DNA of 64,000 nucleotides from an uncultured virus (IMG/VR IMGVR_UViG_3300035395_000183) (IMGVR_UViG_3300035395_000183); one strand, 5' to 3'. Positions 8,170 to 20,603 are shown, counted from the stretch's first letter. Program-made: numbers and translations. The notes: generated by a model not told the origin, from the letters alone.

Positions 8170-8268
8170 CAAACATTAGTTTCCGTCAGTCCTTGGAATT
8201 TCAGTGCATAACTAAACGGAGTTAAATAAGAAGAATTAGGGCACATTACTTCTAACTAATGTTTAAAT

Positions 8269-8343
8269 TGCCCAGTGGTGTAATTGGTTAACACGTCTGG
8301 TTTTGAGCCAGAAGATGTCTAGGTTCGAGTCCTAGTTGGGCGA
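8269..8343 (+). tRNA. tRNA-Gln (anticodon TTG)
   Basis: TGCCCAG/TTGGGCG, TCTGG-TTTTGAG-CCAGA. Confidence 0.9.
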
Positions 8344-8346
8344 CAT

Positions 8347-8431
8347 GCTTGGGTGGCGGAATTGGTAGACGCGACGGACTTAAAATCCGTTTCTCATTGT
8401 GAGAGTGTGGGTTCGACTCCCATCCCGAGTA
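8347..8431 (+). tRNA. tRNA-Leu (anticodon TAA)
   Basis: GCTTGGG/CCCGAGT-A, ACGGA-CTTAAAA-TCCGT, long variable arm. Confidence 0.9.
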
Positions 8432-8439
8432 CAAGCAAT

Positions 8440-8470
8440 AGGAGAATCCAGTAATGGGTTCTCCTTTTTT
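8440..8470 (+). terminator. intrinsic terminator closing the tRNA cluster
   Basis: AGGAGAATCC-AGTAAT-GGGTTCTCCT followed by a T run. Confidence 0.8.
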
Positions 8471-8489
8471 ATTTTTTAATACTTAATAA

Positions 8490-9921
8490 ATGACAAAAAA
8501 AGAATTAATTCAATTAGCAAAACATCTATCTTTTAATTTAGAGTTAGATAGATTTAGTGATAGTGGTAGTCAAGGCCAAGAACATGTTAAAAGTCCTTTT
8601 ATACGATTCAGACATGAACTTGCGCCTAATCATGTTACCGATTACGCCGTTATTATTTATGAAGAGGAGTTATCTCCTGAAAGTAATGTTTATAATATAT
8701 TTGAACATGCATTGCGCACTGTAGGTATGTATCAAATGAAAGAATCATTTGGTAGATTGATGGGAATGTAACACTTTAAAAACTTAAAATCATGTCAGTA
8801 AGAACAACAGCCGATGAAAAATTAGATAGTGCAAGGGAACATCTTAAACAAGCTTACAAAGATTTATTAGTCTTTGCAGATGAAGATACTTGGGGTTATT
8901 CAGAATTTACAAATAGTTTTATTGAAAACATTATTGAAGTAACTTTTGAACTTCGGAAATTAAGAATTAAATTAACATAATGATTATTATTAAAGACTTA
9001 GATTTTGAAATGGAGCAGGTTAAATCTACTCCATTTTTTAATCTAAAATTGCCGACTATTGTCAATGAGGGAAAAGAAAATGAACGCATTGATATGAAGA
9101 TTGATGGGTATGGGATGCCTTTTGAAATATGTATACAAAAGATAGTAAGTTTTAAGTTATCAAAATTAACAGGTACATTTAAAGCAGTTGAATATATGGA
9201 TATGTATACAGCTGAAGTAGATAAACTTATTGATTTAGTAACATATATTTATAAAGCTCCTAAAACAGATAAAAAAGAAACTTCTGATGAAGATTCTGAT
9301 GAAGAAATTGAAGATGAAAATACTGAAATGGAGGAATAATGGAAATAATCGAAAAAGATTTTACTATTACAAATAATGGAGATTGTTGGACTCTTCATTG
9401 TTTAAAATCAAAGAAAGAATTAAAAGAAAATGCTAAAGAATCATATAGAATTGGTGGATATTTTACCAATATTTATAATGCATTACATGCAGCATTACAG
9501 TGGCGACAAGATAAAAAATATCCATTTTCTGAACCAATACCTGAATTTAAACGTGCTCTTAAAGATTATAGAACTGCAACTAATAAATTAAAATTTGCTT
9601 CAACAATGTTTTATGTTCCTATTTACTTATTTAAAAAAGCTGTTTTCGATGAAGATAGACGATTTCTCAATAGCAATTGATTCTGGAATCCTTATTGTTA
9701 CTTCTAAAAAGAATGTAACAGCAGACAATCTAAAAGAAATGAAAGATATAGTAGAACAAAGTATGGGTCGAAGATATTCATGTGGAATATATAGAGATGC
9801 TTTAGGATACTATGATGGATATGATTTCCAAAATGATATCTCGGTTTATTGCGGAACCTTAAATGAAAAAGCCGCAATTGAAAAAATTAAAAATTATAAA
9901 TTAATAAAAAATTTAGCATGA
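8490..9921 (+). CDS. run of five small hypothetical proteins (8490-8771, 8792-8980, 8980-9339, 9339-9680, ~9649-9921)
   Basis: Tightly packed, translationally coupled ORFs. Confidence 0.6.
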
Positions 9922-10050
9922 AAAAACTATTAATAAAATGGTTTGGCGCTATTTGGTTTTGTAAAATGTTTCATTCACGACATGGAATAAGTCCACATTA
10001 TTACTATTGTAATACTTGTAAACTAATGACCATAAAAACTCCATACAGTC

Positions 10051-10794
10051 TTGACACGAGCCCTCGATAAAATATCACTTCGCATAGTTGCAATTAGCGA
10101 CCTTCATGGACATTTGCCTGAAATTACTGAACCAGCGGACATTGCTTTAGTAGTAGGAGATATAATGCCTTTACGAATCCAATTTGATAGACCTGGCAGT
10201 AAACTTTGGTTAGAGACTGAATTTACACAATGGATAATGAATTTACCTGTTGATGAAGTCTTTTTGGTGGCTGGTAATCATGATGCTTATTTTGAAAGCA
10301 TTTCTAAAACAAATCTTGATATTTTTCTTCATGGTTGTAAGGGAAAGTTGAAATACCTAAGAAATGAACTTGGGGAGTATTTAGACTCTTATAGTTTTCG
10401 ATGGACAATTTTCGGAACTCCATATTGTCATATATACGGCAATTGGCCTTTTATGAGAACAGAGGAGTATATGAAAGAAAAATTCAAAGAAATACCTGAT
10501 AAAGTTGATATTATTATGTCGCATGATCCGCCATTTGCATTAGGAGATGCAGATGTGATATTAGATACTTCTCGTACATATGTTTTATCTTATGAACATT
10601 TAGGTAACCCTGCATTAGCAGATAGACTTATTAATGTTAATTATAAGTTATTAGTATGTGGACATATACATGGCGGCGATCATATCTTCAATACTTGGTT
10701 TAACTTAGTTAATGTAAGTTACTTGAATGAAGGATATAAACCATGTTACAATCCTTTTTACATAACAATTGAAAAAGAAATACCAAATGATTAG
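10051..10794 (+). CDS. metallophosphoesterase (calcineurin-like)
   Basis: SDLHG, GD, GNHD, SHDPP and GHIH motifs; start uncertain. Confidence 0.9.
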   Translation: MTRALDKISLRIVAISDLHGHLPEITEPADIALVVGDIMPLRIQFDRPGSKLWLETEFTQWIMNLPVDEVFLVAGNHDAYFESISKTNLDIFLHGCKGKLKYLRNELGEYLDSYSFRWTIFGTPYCHIYGNWPFMRTEEYMKEKFKEIPDKVDIIMSHDPPFALGDADVILDTSRTYVLSYEHLGNPALADRLINVNYKLLVCGHIHGGDHIFNTWFNLVNVSYLNEGYKPCYNPFYITIEKEIPND

Positions 10795-11105
10795 TATTAA
10801 AGAAGCAAAAGAAATCTCCTTAATAAAATGGAATGGAGAATTAAATGAAACTGAATATTTCAGTATTATTTCTAAATTAAACCCTAAAGCAAAGAACCAT
10901 TTTTATTGTGGTTTCTGTTTAAGACATGGTTATGGATATTCGTGTAATGAAGAAGCATGTATTCCCTGTGAAATAGCTCAAAGTGAAGCTGGATGTTGTT
11001 TAGAAAGTCATTCCCTATATGATCAGATAGAAAATGAGGGAATGTATTTTGATGAAAAACAAGAACTAATTAGACAATTTATCCAAATAATTGAAAATAT
11101 ACCTG

Positions 11106-11792
11106 ATGAAGAATAACACGGGAAAATCTTTAACAAACTGTAATATCTGGTTCACATCAGATACTCACTTCGGACATAAAAACATTTGTAGAGGAGTATC
11201 TGAGTGGAAAGATAAAGATACAACTGCAAGAAGTTTTGATACACTTGAAGCAATGAATTATTTCATAGTAAGGAATATTAATGCAGTCGTAATGCCTAAT
11301 GACATTTTATATCATTTAGGAGATTGGTCTTTTGGTGGTATTGAGAATATATGGAAGTTTAGACAACAAATAGCTTGTCGAAATATTCATTTAATCACTG
11401 GTAATCACGATGAACATATAAAAAAAAATAAAATTCTTCCGAATTGTTGGTGGTCTGATTCTGACATAATGTTAGATACAGACGAAGATGATGTTGGATT
11501 ACAAGTTTGCGCCGAATCTTTATTTACCTCAGTTCAAAATTATCTTGAATTATTACTTGATAAACAAACATTCGTTTTATCACATTATCCTGTTGAAGAA
11601 TGGTTTGATATGGATAGAAAAGGTGCTATACATTTACATGGTCATGTTCATCATAAATTTGATAAATGTGAAATGAATACAAAATATAGAAGAATGGATG
11701 TTGGAATAGACTGGGAAATGTTTAGACCATATTCACTTGAAGAAATAATGCGTATAATGAATAAACGTGAAAGAAAAAAACATACATCATAA
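11106..11792 (+). CDS. metallophosphoesterase (calcineurin-like)
   Basis: FTSDTHFGH, HLGD, GNHD, SHYP and HGHVH motifs. Confidence 0.9.
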   Translation: MKNNTGKSLTNCNIWFTSDTHFGHKNICRGVSEWKDKDTTARSFDTLEAMNYFIVRNINAVVMPNDILYHLGDWSFGGIENIWKFRQQIACRNIHLITGNHDEHIKKNKILPNCWWSDSDIMLDTDEDDVGLQVCAESLFTSVQNYLELLLDKQTFVLSHYPVEEWFDMDRKGAIHLHGHVHHKFDKCEMNTKYRRMDVGIDWEMFRPYSLEEIMRIMNKRERKKHTS

Positions 11793-12921
11793 TGTTACCA
11801 TATAAATTAGTAAAATTTGTTGAAGTTGATGATTGGGATAATCTTGTAACTGAAACATATGGAAAACCTTATAACTTTCAACAACAAGATGGTTGTAAAG
11901 AAAGACAAGTAGTAGATATCATAGTACCTACTAATGAAATAGATTATGAAACTGAAGACTATGAGGATGGTGATGAAGGAGTAAGTTTTAAAACTTGGCT
12001 TGAGAGAGATCCTAAAGAACCAATAGATGGTTCAGAATATGGATGGAGAGTTGCGTCATTCTGGGAAAGAGATTTCTATCCACATATTAATATGTTGATT
12101 AATGACTTACATGCAAAAGGTCTTCTTGAAGAAGGACAATATAAAATAAACATTGATTGGTAATGGATAAAGTACTTTATACTGAATTAATTAAATTATC
12201 AGGACAAAAAGGCTTTATGTCTTATGATAAATTAATCGGAGTTAAAGAACATTACTATCCAATGTGGATGGCAGAACTTCAAAAATGGTTAAGAGATAAA
12301 CATAATTGGTTTTTAGGAATAGAATGTGATTATAGATTTGATTATCATGGTTATAACATAGATTGTTCTGGAATTGATTTGTATGAAGCTAGCGAAATTG
12401 GAGGTAACCAATTTAGATATAATACTTATGAAGAAGCACTTGAAGTAGGTTTACTTAAATCACTAAAATTAATAAAACAATGACAAAAGCAGAATTACTA
12501 CAAAAATCACAAGAATCATTTGAGTTAGGAAGAACATTTCTTAATTCAGTAATTTCTTTAAGAGCATTACCACGAGAAGATGCTGATATTATTAATACAG
12601 CCTTTGAAGATCAAGATGAAGATTTTCTTCAATTAAGTAAAGATTTTCATCAATTAATGAAAGAATTAAATAATTATTAAAACCAAAACTATGTTTAACA
12701 GAGAAGAATTTATTAAAGACTCAAATGAAACTCTTATTGCGGCTAATCAATTTCTTACACTACTCGTTGCTTTAAGAAATAAATACAGCGATTATGAAGA
12801 TGCTATTGATGAATTGGAAGAAATTGGTGATGCAGAATTGACAGCTATTGATGATGCATTCGACACGGTTTTTGCCACTTTAATGGGCGAAGATTTCGAT
12901 AAAGAAGATGAAGAAGATTAA
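11792..12921 (+). CDS. four small hypothetical proteins (11792-12163, 12157-12483, 12480-12680, 12691-12921)
   Basis: Coupled ORFs; 12157-12483 is paralogous to 14186-14575. Confidence 0.6.
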
Positions 12922-12923
12922 CA

Positions 12924-13319
12924 ATGATAGAAATCTATGTTGATGGAGCTTATGCTTCAAGTAGGGATTTAGGTGGATGGGCATTTGTAGTATTAGACAA
13001 TGGAGAAAAAATTCATTCAGCATTTTATCCAGTTTCTAATACTACTAATAATAGAATGGAAATTCAGGCTGCATTAGAAGCATGTCTTTGGGCTAAGGAA
13101 CAAAACTACGATGAAATTACAATCTATTCGGACTCTATGTATGTAGTTGGTTCAATGAGAGTAGATATGAATTGGAAACGAAATAAAAATCTTGACTTAT
13201 GGGAAAAATTAGATGAAGCCGTTAAAGGTTTTCATGTTATTTTTCGTCATATAAAAGGTCATCAAGGAAACAAATGGAATGAACTATGTGATGCTCTAGC
13301 TGTACAAGCTACACTATAA
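12924..13319 (+). CDS. rnhA: ribonuclease HI
   Basis: IYVDGA, TTNNRMEI, YSDSMYV, N.DLW and HIKGHQGNKWNELCDALA motifs. Confidence 0.95.
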   Translation: MIEIYVDGAYASSRDLGGWAFVVLDNGEKIHSAFYPVSNTTNNRMEIQAALEACLWAKEQNYDEITIYSDSMYVVGSMRVDMNWKRNKNLDLWEKLDEAVKGFHVIFRHIKGHQGNKWNELCDALAVQATL

Positions 13320-13631
13320 AAATAATAAAATGCTAAAAGATCTAATAAAAATACCAATAAAACCAGTGGTTCTTACCTTTGAAGAAGCCACTAGAAATAA
13401 AGAAATTATTATCATTTATAATGATGATTCAATTGAAAATGCGTTTAATGATGATGGTTTTATAAACGATACGTTTATTCAATATTATGATAATCTAAAT
13501 CTTTTTTTAAAATATATAGGTTTTGATGAAAAAGATTTTGAGACCTCATTTAGTTATGATGTAGAACTAACAACATTATTACAAAAACATAATCCAGATA
13601 TTAAATTTATTTATTTAGCATCTCTATAACT

Positions 13632-14186
13632 ATGAATCAAAGAACCATAGTCGAAGAGAGAAGCAAGAATGTAATAGTTCTTGATGTCTTCTCAAAGTTA
13701 ATACAAGAACGTATAATATTTATTGATGATGTTATTGATGATGAATTAGCAAACGGAGTTATTGCTCAAATGCTGTATTTAGACTCAATAGGAACTGCAC
13801 CAATAGATATTTATATTAATACTCCAGGAGGAAGTATTCTTGATGGATTAGCAATATATGATGTTGCAAAATTACTTAAATCTCCTATCAAAACAATTTG
13901 TGTAGGAATGGCTGCAAGTATGGGAGCAATCCTTATGCTTATTGGTAAGGAAAGATGTGCTACTAAACATTCAAGGATAATGTTACATCAACCATCTAGT
14001 GCTATTAGAGGAACTGCCGATGATTTTCAAATTTATAATGATGAAATACAAAAATATAAAAAAGAATTGTATGATATTGTTGAGCAGAATACAACGTTAA
14101 CAAATGTTGAACAACTCTTTAAACTTGATACTTGGTATACTGCTGAAGAAGCATTACAATGTGGTCTTTTAACTAAAGTATTATAA
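13632..14186 (+). CDS. clpP: ClpP-family protease subunit
   Basis: DVFSKLIQERIIF, YINTPGGS, GMAASMG (Ser), IMLHQP (His), DTW (Asp). Confidence 0.95.
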   Translation: MNQRTIVEERSKNVIVLDVFSKLIQERIIFIDDVIDDELANGVIAQMLYLDSIGTAPIDIYINTPGGSILDGLAIYDVAKLLKSPIKTICVGMAASMGAILMLIGKERCATKHSRIMLHQPSSAIRGTADDFQIYNDEIQKYKKELYDIVEQNTTLTNVEQLFKLDTWYTAEEALQCGLLTKVL

Positions 14187-15742
14187 TGGAAGATCAATTG
14201 GTTTATTTTGAATTAGCTAAATTAGCTAAAGAAAAAGGATTTACAAAAGAAAATGGGTATGCTTGTAGATATGGGTGGGTATGTTATTATACTGCATTTA
14301 CAGGACAAATTTATACAGAAGATCCAAAGGAAATGTCTATGGATTCTTTAGGTAATGCTCATTTAATCGAAAGACCAACCCAATCACGACTTCAAAAATG
14401 GCTTCGTGATGTTTATAAACTTCATATTGAAATTAATAGGGATGAAGATATGTGGAAATATTCTCTATATGAATACTCTCACGGTAATAAACATATTCCA
14501 AGAGGATTTCCTCAATTTATTTCTTATGAAGAAGCATTAGAAGCAGGATTACTTGAAGCATTAAAACTAATTTAAAATGACACAAGAAGAGATAATTGAA
14601 GGTAATAAATTAATTGCTAAATTTATAGGATTTTATTTCAGAAATGAAAGTACTTGCCAACCTATACATGGTTGGATAACTGGATTATCTACTATGACTT
14701 ATAATCCAGACTTTTATTTAAAATTCCATTCCTCTTGGGATTGGTTAATGCCTGTTGTTGAGAAAATAAATAATATGAATGCAAGTATTAGTATTAATCC
14801 AGCTAATGTTTCTATTACTACTCATGTAATAGGTCATATTTTACAAGATGATTCTTATCACAAATATTATTTTTTCAAACCAAGTGGAGATAATTATACT
14901 CCCATTGAAGCAACATGGAATGCAGTAGTTGATTTTATTAAATGGTACAATGGAATTAGAGAACAAAATAGCAAAACTTCAGAAAAAACTTAAGCGAAAG
15001 ATTAAGTATATCAATAGGGGAGGTTGTATTCAATTTGCATACTATTTTAGTAAAACATTACGAGAGTTGAAAGTAGAACACAAAGTTGTTTTTATTGATG
15101 ATGAACCTATTTCTCTTACTTATAATGGTTTTATTCCTCCATCTCATGTTTTAATTCATATTCCTAATATTGGATATATTGATGGTCATGATTTATATCC
15201 TCGATTTGGAGATATACGAAATGAATACTTTGAAGAAGAGTATCAACGACATGTGAATATTAGCCTTAAAAAACTTAATAAGTTTAGAACTTCCTATAGT
15301 TGGAATCGAACTTATGACGCCCAAAAGCATAATAAAACTATTGAGCAAACTATAAATAAAACATTTAATGTATCAAGAAGAAATATATCATAATCGAAAT
15401 GGGGAATTAGTTTTAGTTAATAAATACAATTTCTTTGTTTATGAAGTGAGAATTTTTTGTCGTTATAAAGGATATTATGGTTTAATTAATGATGTTCATT
15501 ATTCTTCTAATGTTGTTATTCCTAATATTGTTAGTCGATTTAAGCGTGATGCTCATTCTGAAATATGTTGTAGCTTGTTAGCTGCCCCTATATCCTGGCT
15601 AATGGATAATGATTACATTTTATATGTAAAACCAGATAAAAAAATAATTGTTAAATCAAAATCTATAAAAAATGTCAAGCCGAAAACTACAATTGGTAAG
15701 TCCCGAAGTTGGACTCCTAATGGTCAAACAGATAGCACATGA
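14186..15742 (+). CDS. four hypothetical proteins (14186-14575, 14577-14993, ~14950-15393, 15368-15742)
   Basis: Coupled ORFs; 14577 carries the common phage motif FHSSWDWLMPVVEKI. Confidence 0.6.
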
Positions 15743-16175
15743 GCTAAAGAATTACAATCTTTATCAATCATATGCTAACTATTTTAGTGTTGAAGGTATT
15801 GTTGATTTAGATGTGTATTATCAAAGGAGAGCGATTGAAGAATATAATCATCATGAATGGGTGATGAAATATTTATCGGACGCTGATTTCAAATTCATGT
15901 ATCCTGCTATTGAGCAAAATACTGAAAAAGTTACTAATTACATGGATCCATTTACACAAACAGTGGATCGTGAGATTATGACGACTGAAATGATATATGC
16001 TATTTATGAGCAATGTCAAAAAGAAAAAGATTATATGACCTGCTCTTGGTTGTATGATAAATTAATTAAAGAACAAATTGAAGAAGAAAATGTTACTCGT
16101 ATGGCTCGGACTATTATGGAGGAAACATCTGATATTTTCTTAAGAGCAAAAAAAGTACTAAAATTACTAAACTAA
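15672..16175 (+). CDS. ferritin-like protein
   Basis: QIAHELKNYNLY, EEYNHH, E.MTT..I..IYE, DYMTCSWL..LIKEQIEEE ferroxidase-like pattern. Confidence 0.85.
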   Translation: MSSRKLQLVSPEVGLLMVKQIAHELKNYNLYQSYANYFSVEGIVDLDVYYQRRAIEEYNHHEWVMKYLSDADFKFMYPAIEQNTEKVTNYMDPFTQTVDREIMTTEMIYAIYEQCQKEKDYMTCSWLYDKLIKEQIEEENVTRMARTIMEETSDIFLRAKKVLKLLN

Positions 16176-16180
16176 TTATT

Positions 16181-18658
16181 ATGAGCTATTTAATTTATGA
16201 TGAAGACGGTGAATTAATTGATGTATTTCAATTTGATACTCCAGAAGAAATAAAAGCGTACAAGCATCTGAATCCTTCACATTCTATTGAATTAGCAGAC
16301 CCTGAATTGGAAGAGAGTCTTCTTTCTGATTCAGAGGGAGAAGAATTCTACTCTGATGAAGAGGATGATGAATTTCTTTAATGACCAAAAACACAGTACA
16401 TGCAAAATTATTAGCATTACGTGAAGGAACATACACTATGTATGTCTTTCAAGATTTAGACAATAATGCTTATATAATGTGTACAAGATTACCAAACTGG
16501 CAAGTCCCCGAGATTCAACTTGGGGACGCCGGTTTCTTAGAATATCAACACGTAATAGCTGGAGAAGAGTATTTTGACCCTGCACAGGAAAAAATGATAC
16601 AATACCTTTATACTAATGTTTATTTTATCAATTTTGTACAAAAGACAGATATTTTAAAAAATAATGAAATAATATTATAAGATATGAATACAATGCAAGA
16701 CCAATTGCAAGATGCGATTGACAAAAAAGGAGTTAATCTTAACTCTTTTGTTTGGAAAGGACATAAAGTTTTAGATGCCGATGGTAAATATAAACAATCG
16801 GAACAAAAATTAGTTACAATGAATGAACAAGAATTAAGAGCTTGTTATGAACATTGTAAAACCATGCTATTTAACAAGGATATGCAAAATCCTGGTCGTT
16901 ATTTAGTATTAGATACTATTGCTGATCAGCTTGACCGTTGTGGTGCTGAATTAGTATTAAGACACATTGAAGAAGAGCATGAATTAGGCAGATTTAGCCT
17001 AATGGAAATGATAAGTGCTTTTTTAACTGCTAATAAAGAAGTTTTAAAAAAAGAGTTAAAACCTACTTTAGATTTAGCTTTTGGAAGTTTACCAGATGAA
17101 TATCAAAAATTATCAATACATTTAGTCATGGACGGATGTTTAGATAGACTTGGAATTTTTAATAAAAAACATATTACTCGAACCTTTATCTTAAAACAAG
17201 GTATTTGGTTAACTCCTGCTGAATCTAAGGATTTAGTTGAATATGATGGAGTCGGTAATACAATTGACAGACTATTAGTAATTCGTGAGCGTTTAAATAT
17301 TAAAGATATTGAAAAACTTTATCTTAACGCAAAGGGATTAAATTATACACAAATGAGAGCTATGTTAAATATTAAACCTAATAAAAAATATAGGGATTTA
17401 ACTACTCTTCAATTACAAACTTTAAGAAATAGAATTTTATTCAATCTTGAAGAAACTGTAAAAGAACATATTACTGCTTGGGAACGTAGGATGGAAGAAA
17501 TTGAAATGGTTTTAGCATCGAAAGGAATTACAGCATGAAAAGATTTTTAATACATATTACTACTGCTTGGTGTGGAATGGACCAAGACTATACGGCTATC
17601 GCAGATAGTGAAGATGATTTGCAAAATGTTGCTCAATTATTAGCTTATGATAATTTTTCTGATTTTAATTGTTTAGAACAGGCAATTGAAGATGAATATC
17701 CTGATGTAGATTCGGACGATATTACAGAAGAAATGAAAGATGCTGTAATTGAAAACAAAGGAGATTATTATGGTTTTACTATTGAAGAATGGGATGAAAC
17801 TCGTCCTGATGAAGAGTGGGATTGGTATGAATTGGTATATGATGCTACTGATTCAGATGTTGAGGAAAAAAATAATGATAATGAAGTAGAAGAGGAGGAC
17901 GATAATGACGAAGTATAGAATATTTGCAGGATTAGGTGGAGGTTTTGGTGGCGCTCATGAAGTAGCTATTGAAGAACATGAAAATCTTGACGATGCAGAA
18001 GATTCAGCATATGAACATGCTTGTAATGAGTACGAATCTTATGGAGGAATGCATGGGTTATTTACTGAAGAAGAAGCACTTGATGAAAATCCTGAATTAA
18101 CAGAAAATGAATTAGCTGATATGGCTCTCGAAGATATGGAAAATTGGATTGAATATTGGGCTAAAGAATGTGTGGAAGGAGATGAAGACGATGAATAAAG
18201 AATTTATTGAACAAGAAGTTAATAAAAAATTAGTTGCGTTATTTTATAAACTAATAGCATTAACACCAATTAAAATCTCGAATAATTCTTTTTATTATAA
18301 ACTGAATGGAGAAATTTTTAAAGTTGAAATATCAAGTTTAAACGGGGAGAATTTTGGTTATAGATATCCAGAGGTACATTCTACAAATTCTGATTGGCAT
18401 ATACTTTCACATTATTTTAATAGTTCCAATGTTTGGAATTTTATTATAACCTTACCAAAAACTGAAGTCGATACAGAATCTTACAAGCAAAGACAATTAG
18501 AAGTTCCTTCTTTTGACGAAATCACCTTATTAGATATTAAGAAAAAATTATTGTTAGTTAAACAGCAATATGAATTTACATTACTAGATAAGTATTTGAA
18601 AAATTCAACTGATTCTGAAGATGATTTACTTAATTACGAGGCAAGCCCCATTATTTAG
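16181..18658 (+). CDS. six hypothetical proteins, several very acidic (16181, 16381, 16684, 17535, 17905, ~18191)
   Basis: Coupled ORFs upstream of the DNA polymerase. Confidence 0.6.
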
Positions 18659-20603
18659 TTCTTCGTTATTTAATATCATTTCTTTACAGGAAGGAATGAA
18701 TTTACTTGAACGTCTTGATGAGATTGCACTTGATACTGAAACTGAAGGATTAGATCCTTATACTAAAAAATTACTATTAATTCAATTAGGAAATGAAGAA
18801 TTTCAAGTACTTTTTGATATTAATAGTTATGGAGGAAATATTCCAGTTGAATTAAAGGCTTTTTTAAATGGATGTAGTTCATTATTTATTTTACAAAATG
18901 CTAAATTTGATTTAAAATTTTTATTTCATCAAGGTGTCATAATTAAAAAGATTTATGACACTATGCTTGCAGAAATTATTTTAACAAATGGATTACAATA
19001 TTCAGGTAGAGATTTGGCAACTCTAGCAATGAAATATGGGAAAATTTATCTTGACAAAAGTGTTAGGGGTGAACTTATTAATAGTGGTTTAAGTGACGCA
19101 GTTCTAAACTATGGAGCTCGTGATATTGCTTGTTTGCCCATTATCAAAGCAAAACAAATGGAAAAAGCTATTGAATTGAAACTTACCACTGCAATTCAAT
19201 TAGATAATTCATTTGTTGTACCATTGGCATATACTGAATATTGTGGAATTGGAATTGATCTTCCTCGTTGGCTTGAAAAGACTCGAAAGAATTTACTTGA
19301 AGCATTAGAATTAAAACTTCAACTTGAAGAAAAGCTTTGGCAAGATAAAAAATATAAGTATTTCTCCGGAATGCAGGATATGTTTACTGGAAAATACGAA
19401 TGTACAATTAATTGGGATTCTCCTAAACAAGTTATTGAACTCTTTAAAGATTACGGAATTAATGTAATTTTAAAGGATAAAGGCGAAAATAAAGAAACTA
19501 TTGATGCAAAGGTTTTGGAACCACAGAAAAAAAAGTTTGATATTATTCCTCCATATTTACAATATAAAGGAAAACAAAAAGAAGTGTCAACTTATGGCGA
19601 TAATTGGAAACGTTATATTAATCTAGTAACAGGTAGAATTCATACTACTTATCAACAATTAATGGATACCTCTAGATTGTCTAGTGGAAACAAACGTGAT
19701 GGAACTCCGAATTTACAGAATATTCCATCTGACGCTGAAACACGAGCTTGTTTTATTCCTGGTTTTGGTAATATTTTAATTGATGCTGATTATTCCTCAC
19801 AGGAACAAATAGTTCTTGCTAATTTTTCCGAAGAAGAAAATCTATTGAATTTTTATAAAAAGGGGTTTAAAGATATGCATAGTTATGTAGCTTTTTTAAT
19901 GTATGAAGATATAAGAAGGTGTTCTATTGAAGAACTTACTCCTGATAAACTTGATTATATTAAAAAAGAATATGCCGACAAACGTTTCTTAGCAAAGATT
20001 GCAGGTTTTAGTATTAATTATGGTGGCAACGGAAGTACAATTGCAAAAAATTGTAGTATTCCTGCTAAAGATGGCGAGTTTGTTTATAAATCTTATTTTG
20101 AGGCATTTCCTGGTTTAAAAGAATATTTTGATTTAGTTGCTGAAAGAGCATTTCATTTTGGTTATGTACAGTTTAACAATGTTACAAGAAGAAAATTCTT
20201 TTTTGATCAAGACGAGAATGATTATTTTCTCACCAAAGAAATGGTGGAGGATCCATATTTTTGGCAAACTCAAGCCAATCCTCGTGAACTTCAAAGACGA
20301 TATAATAAAGCAAAAAGTGATATTCAAAGACTTGCTCAGAATTATCCAATTCAAGGTACTTCTGCAGACATAACTAAATATGCTTGTATTCTATTTTTTA
20401 GTGAAATTTTGAAACGCAATTGGTGGCTTAAGGTTAAAATTGTTAATTTAGTGCATGATGAAATTCTTGTTGAATGTCCTATTGATATGATGGATGAAGT
20501 TAAAGAGGTATTGGTTAATAGTATGCAAGACGCTGGAAAGCCGTTTTGTAAAATTGTACCATTAAAAGCTGATGCAGTTCATGGTGATCATTGGGTTCAT
20601 TAA
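18621..20603 (+). CDS. polA: family A DNA polymerase with 3'-5' exonuclease
   Basis: DTET, QNAKFD, YDTML exonuclease motifs; TSRLSS, NLQNIP, DADYSSQE, RFLAKIAGFSINYG, NYPIQGTSAD and VHDE polymerase motifs. Confidence 0.95.
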   Translation: MIYLITRQAPLFSSSLFNIISLQEGMNLLERLDEIALDTETEGLDPYTKKLLLIQLGNEEFQVLFDINSYGGNIPVELKAFLNGCSSLFILQNAKFDLKFLFHQGVIIKKIYDTMLAEIILTNGLQYSGRDLATLAMKYGKIYLDKSVRGELINSGLSDAVLNYGARDIACLPIIKAKQMEKAIELKLTTAIQLDNSFVVPLAYTEYCGIGIDLPRWLEKTRKNLLEALELKLQLEEKLWQDKKYKYFSGMQDMFTGKYECTINWDSPKQVIELFKDYGINVILKDKGENKETIDAKVLEPQKKKFDIIPPYLQYKGKQKEVSTYGDNWKRYINLVTGRIHTTYQQLMDTSRLSSGNKRDGTPNLQNIPSDAETRACFIPGFGNILIDADYSSQEQIVLANFSEEENLLNFYKKGFKDMHSYVAFLMYEDIRRCSIEELTPDKLDYIKKEYADKRFLAKIAGFSINYGGNGSTIAKNCSIPAKDGEFVYKSYFEAFPGLKEYFDLVAERAFHFGYVQFNNVTRRKFFFDQDENDYFLTKEMVEDPYFWQTQANPRELQRRYNKAKSDIQRLAQNYPIQGTSADITKYACILFFSEILKRNWWLKVKIVNLVHDEILVECPIDMMDEVKEVLVNSMQDAGKPFCKIVPLKADAVHGDHWVH

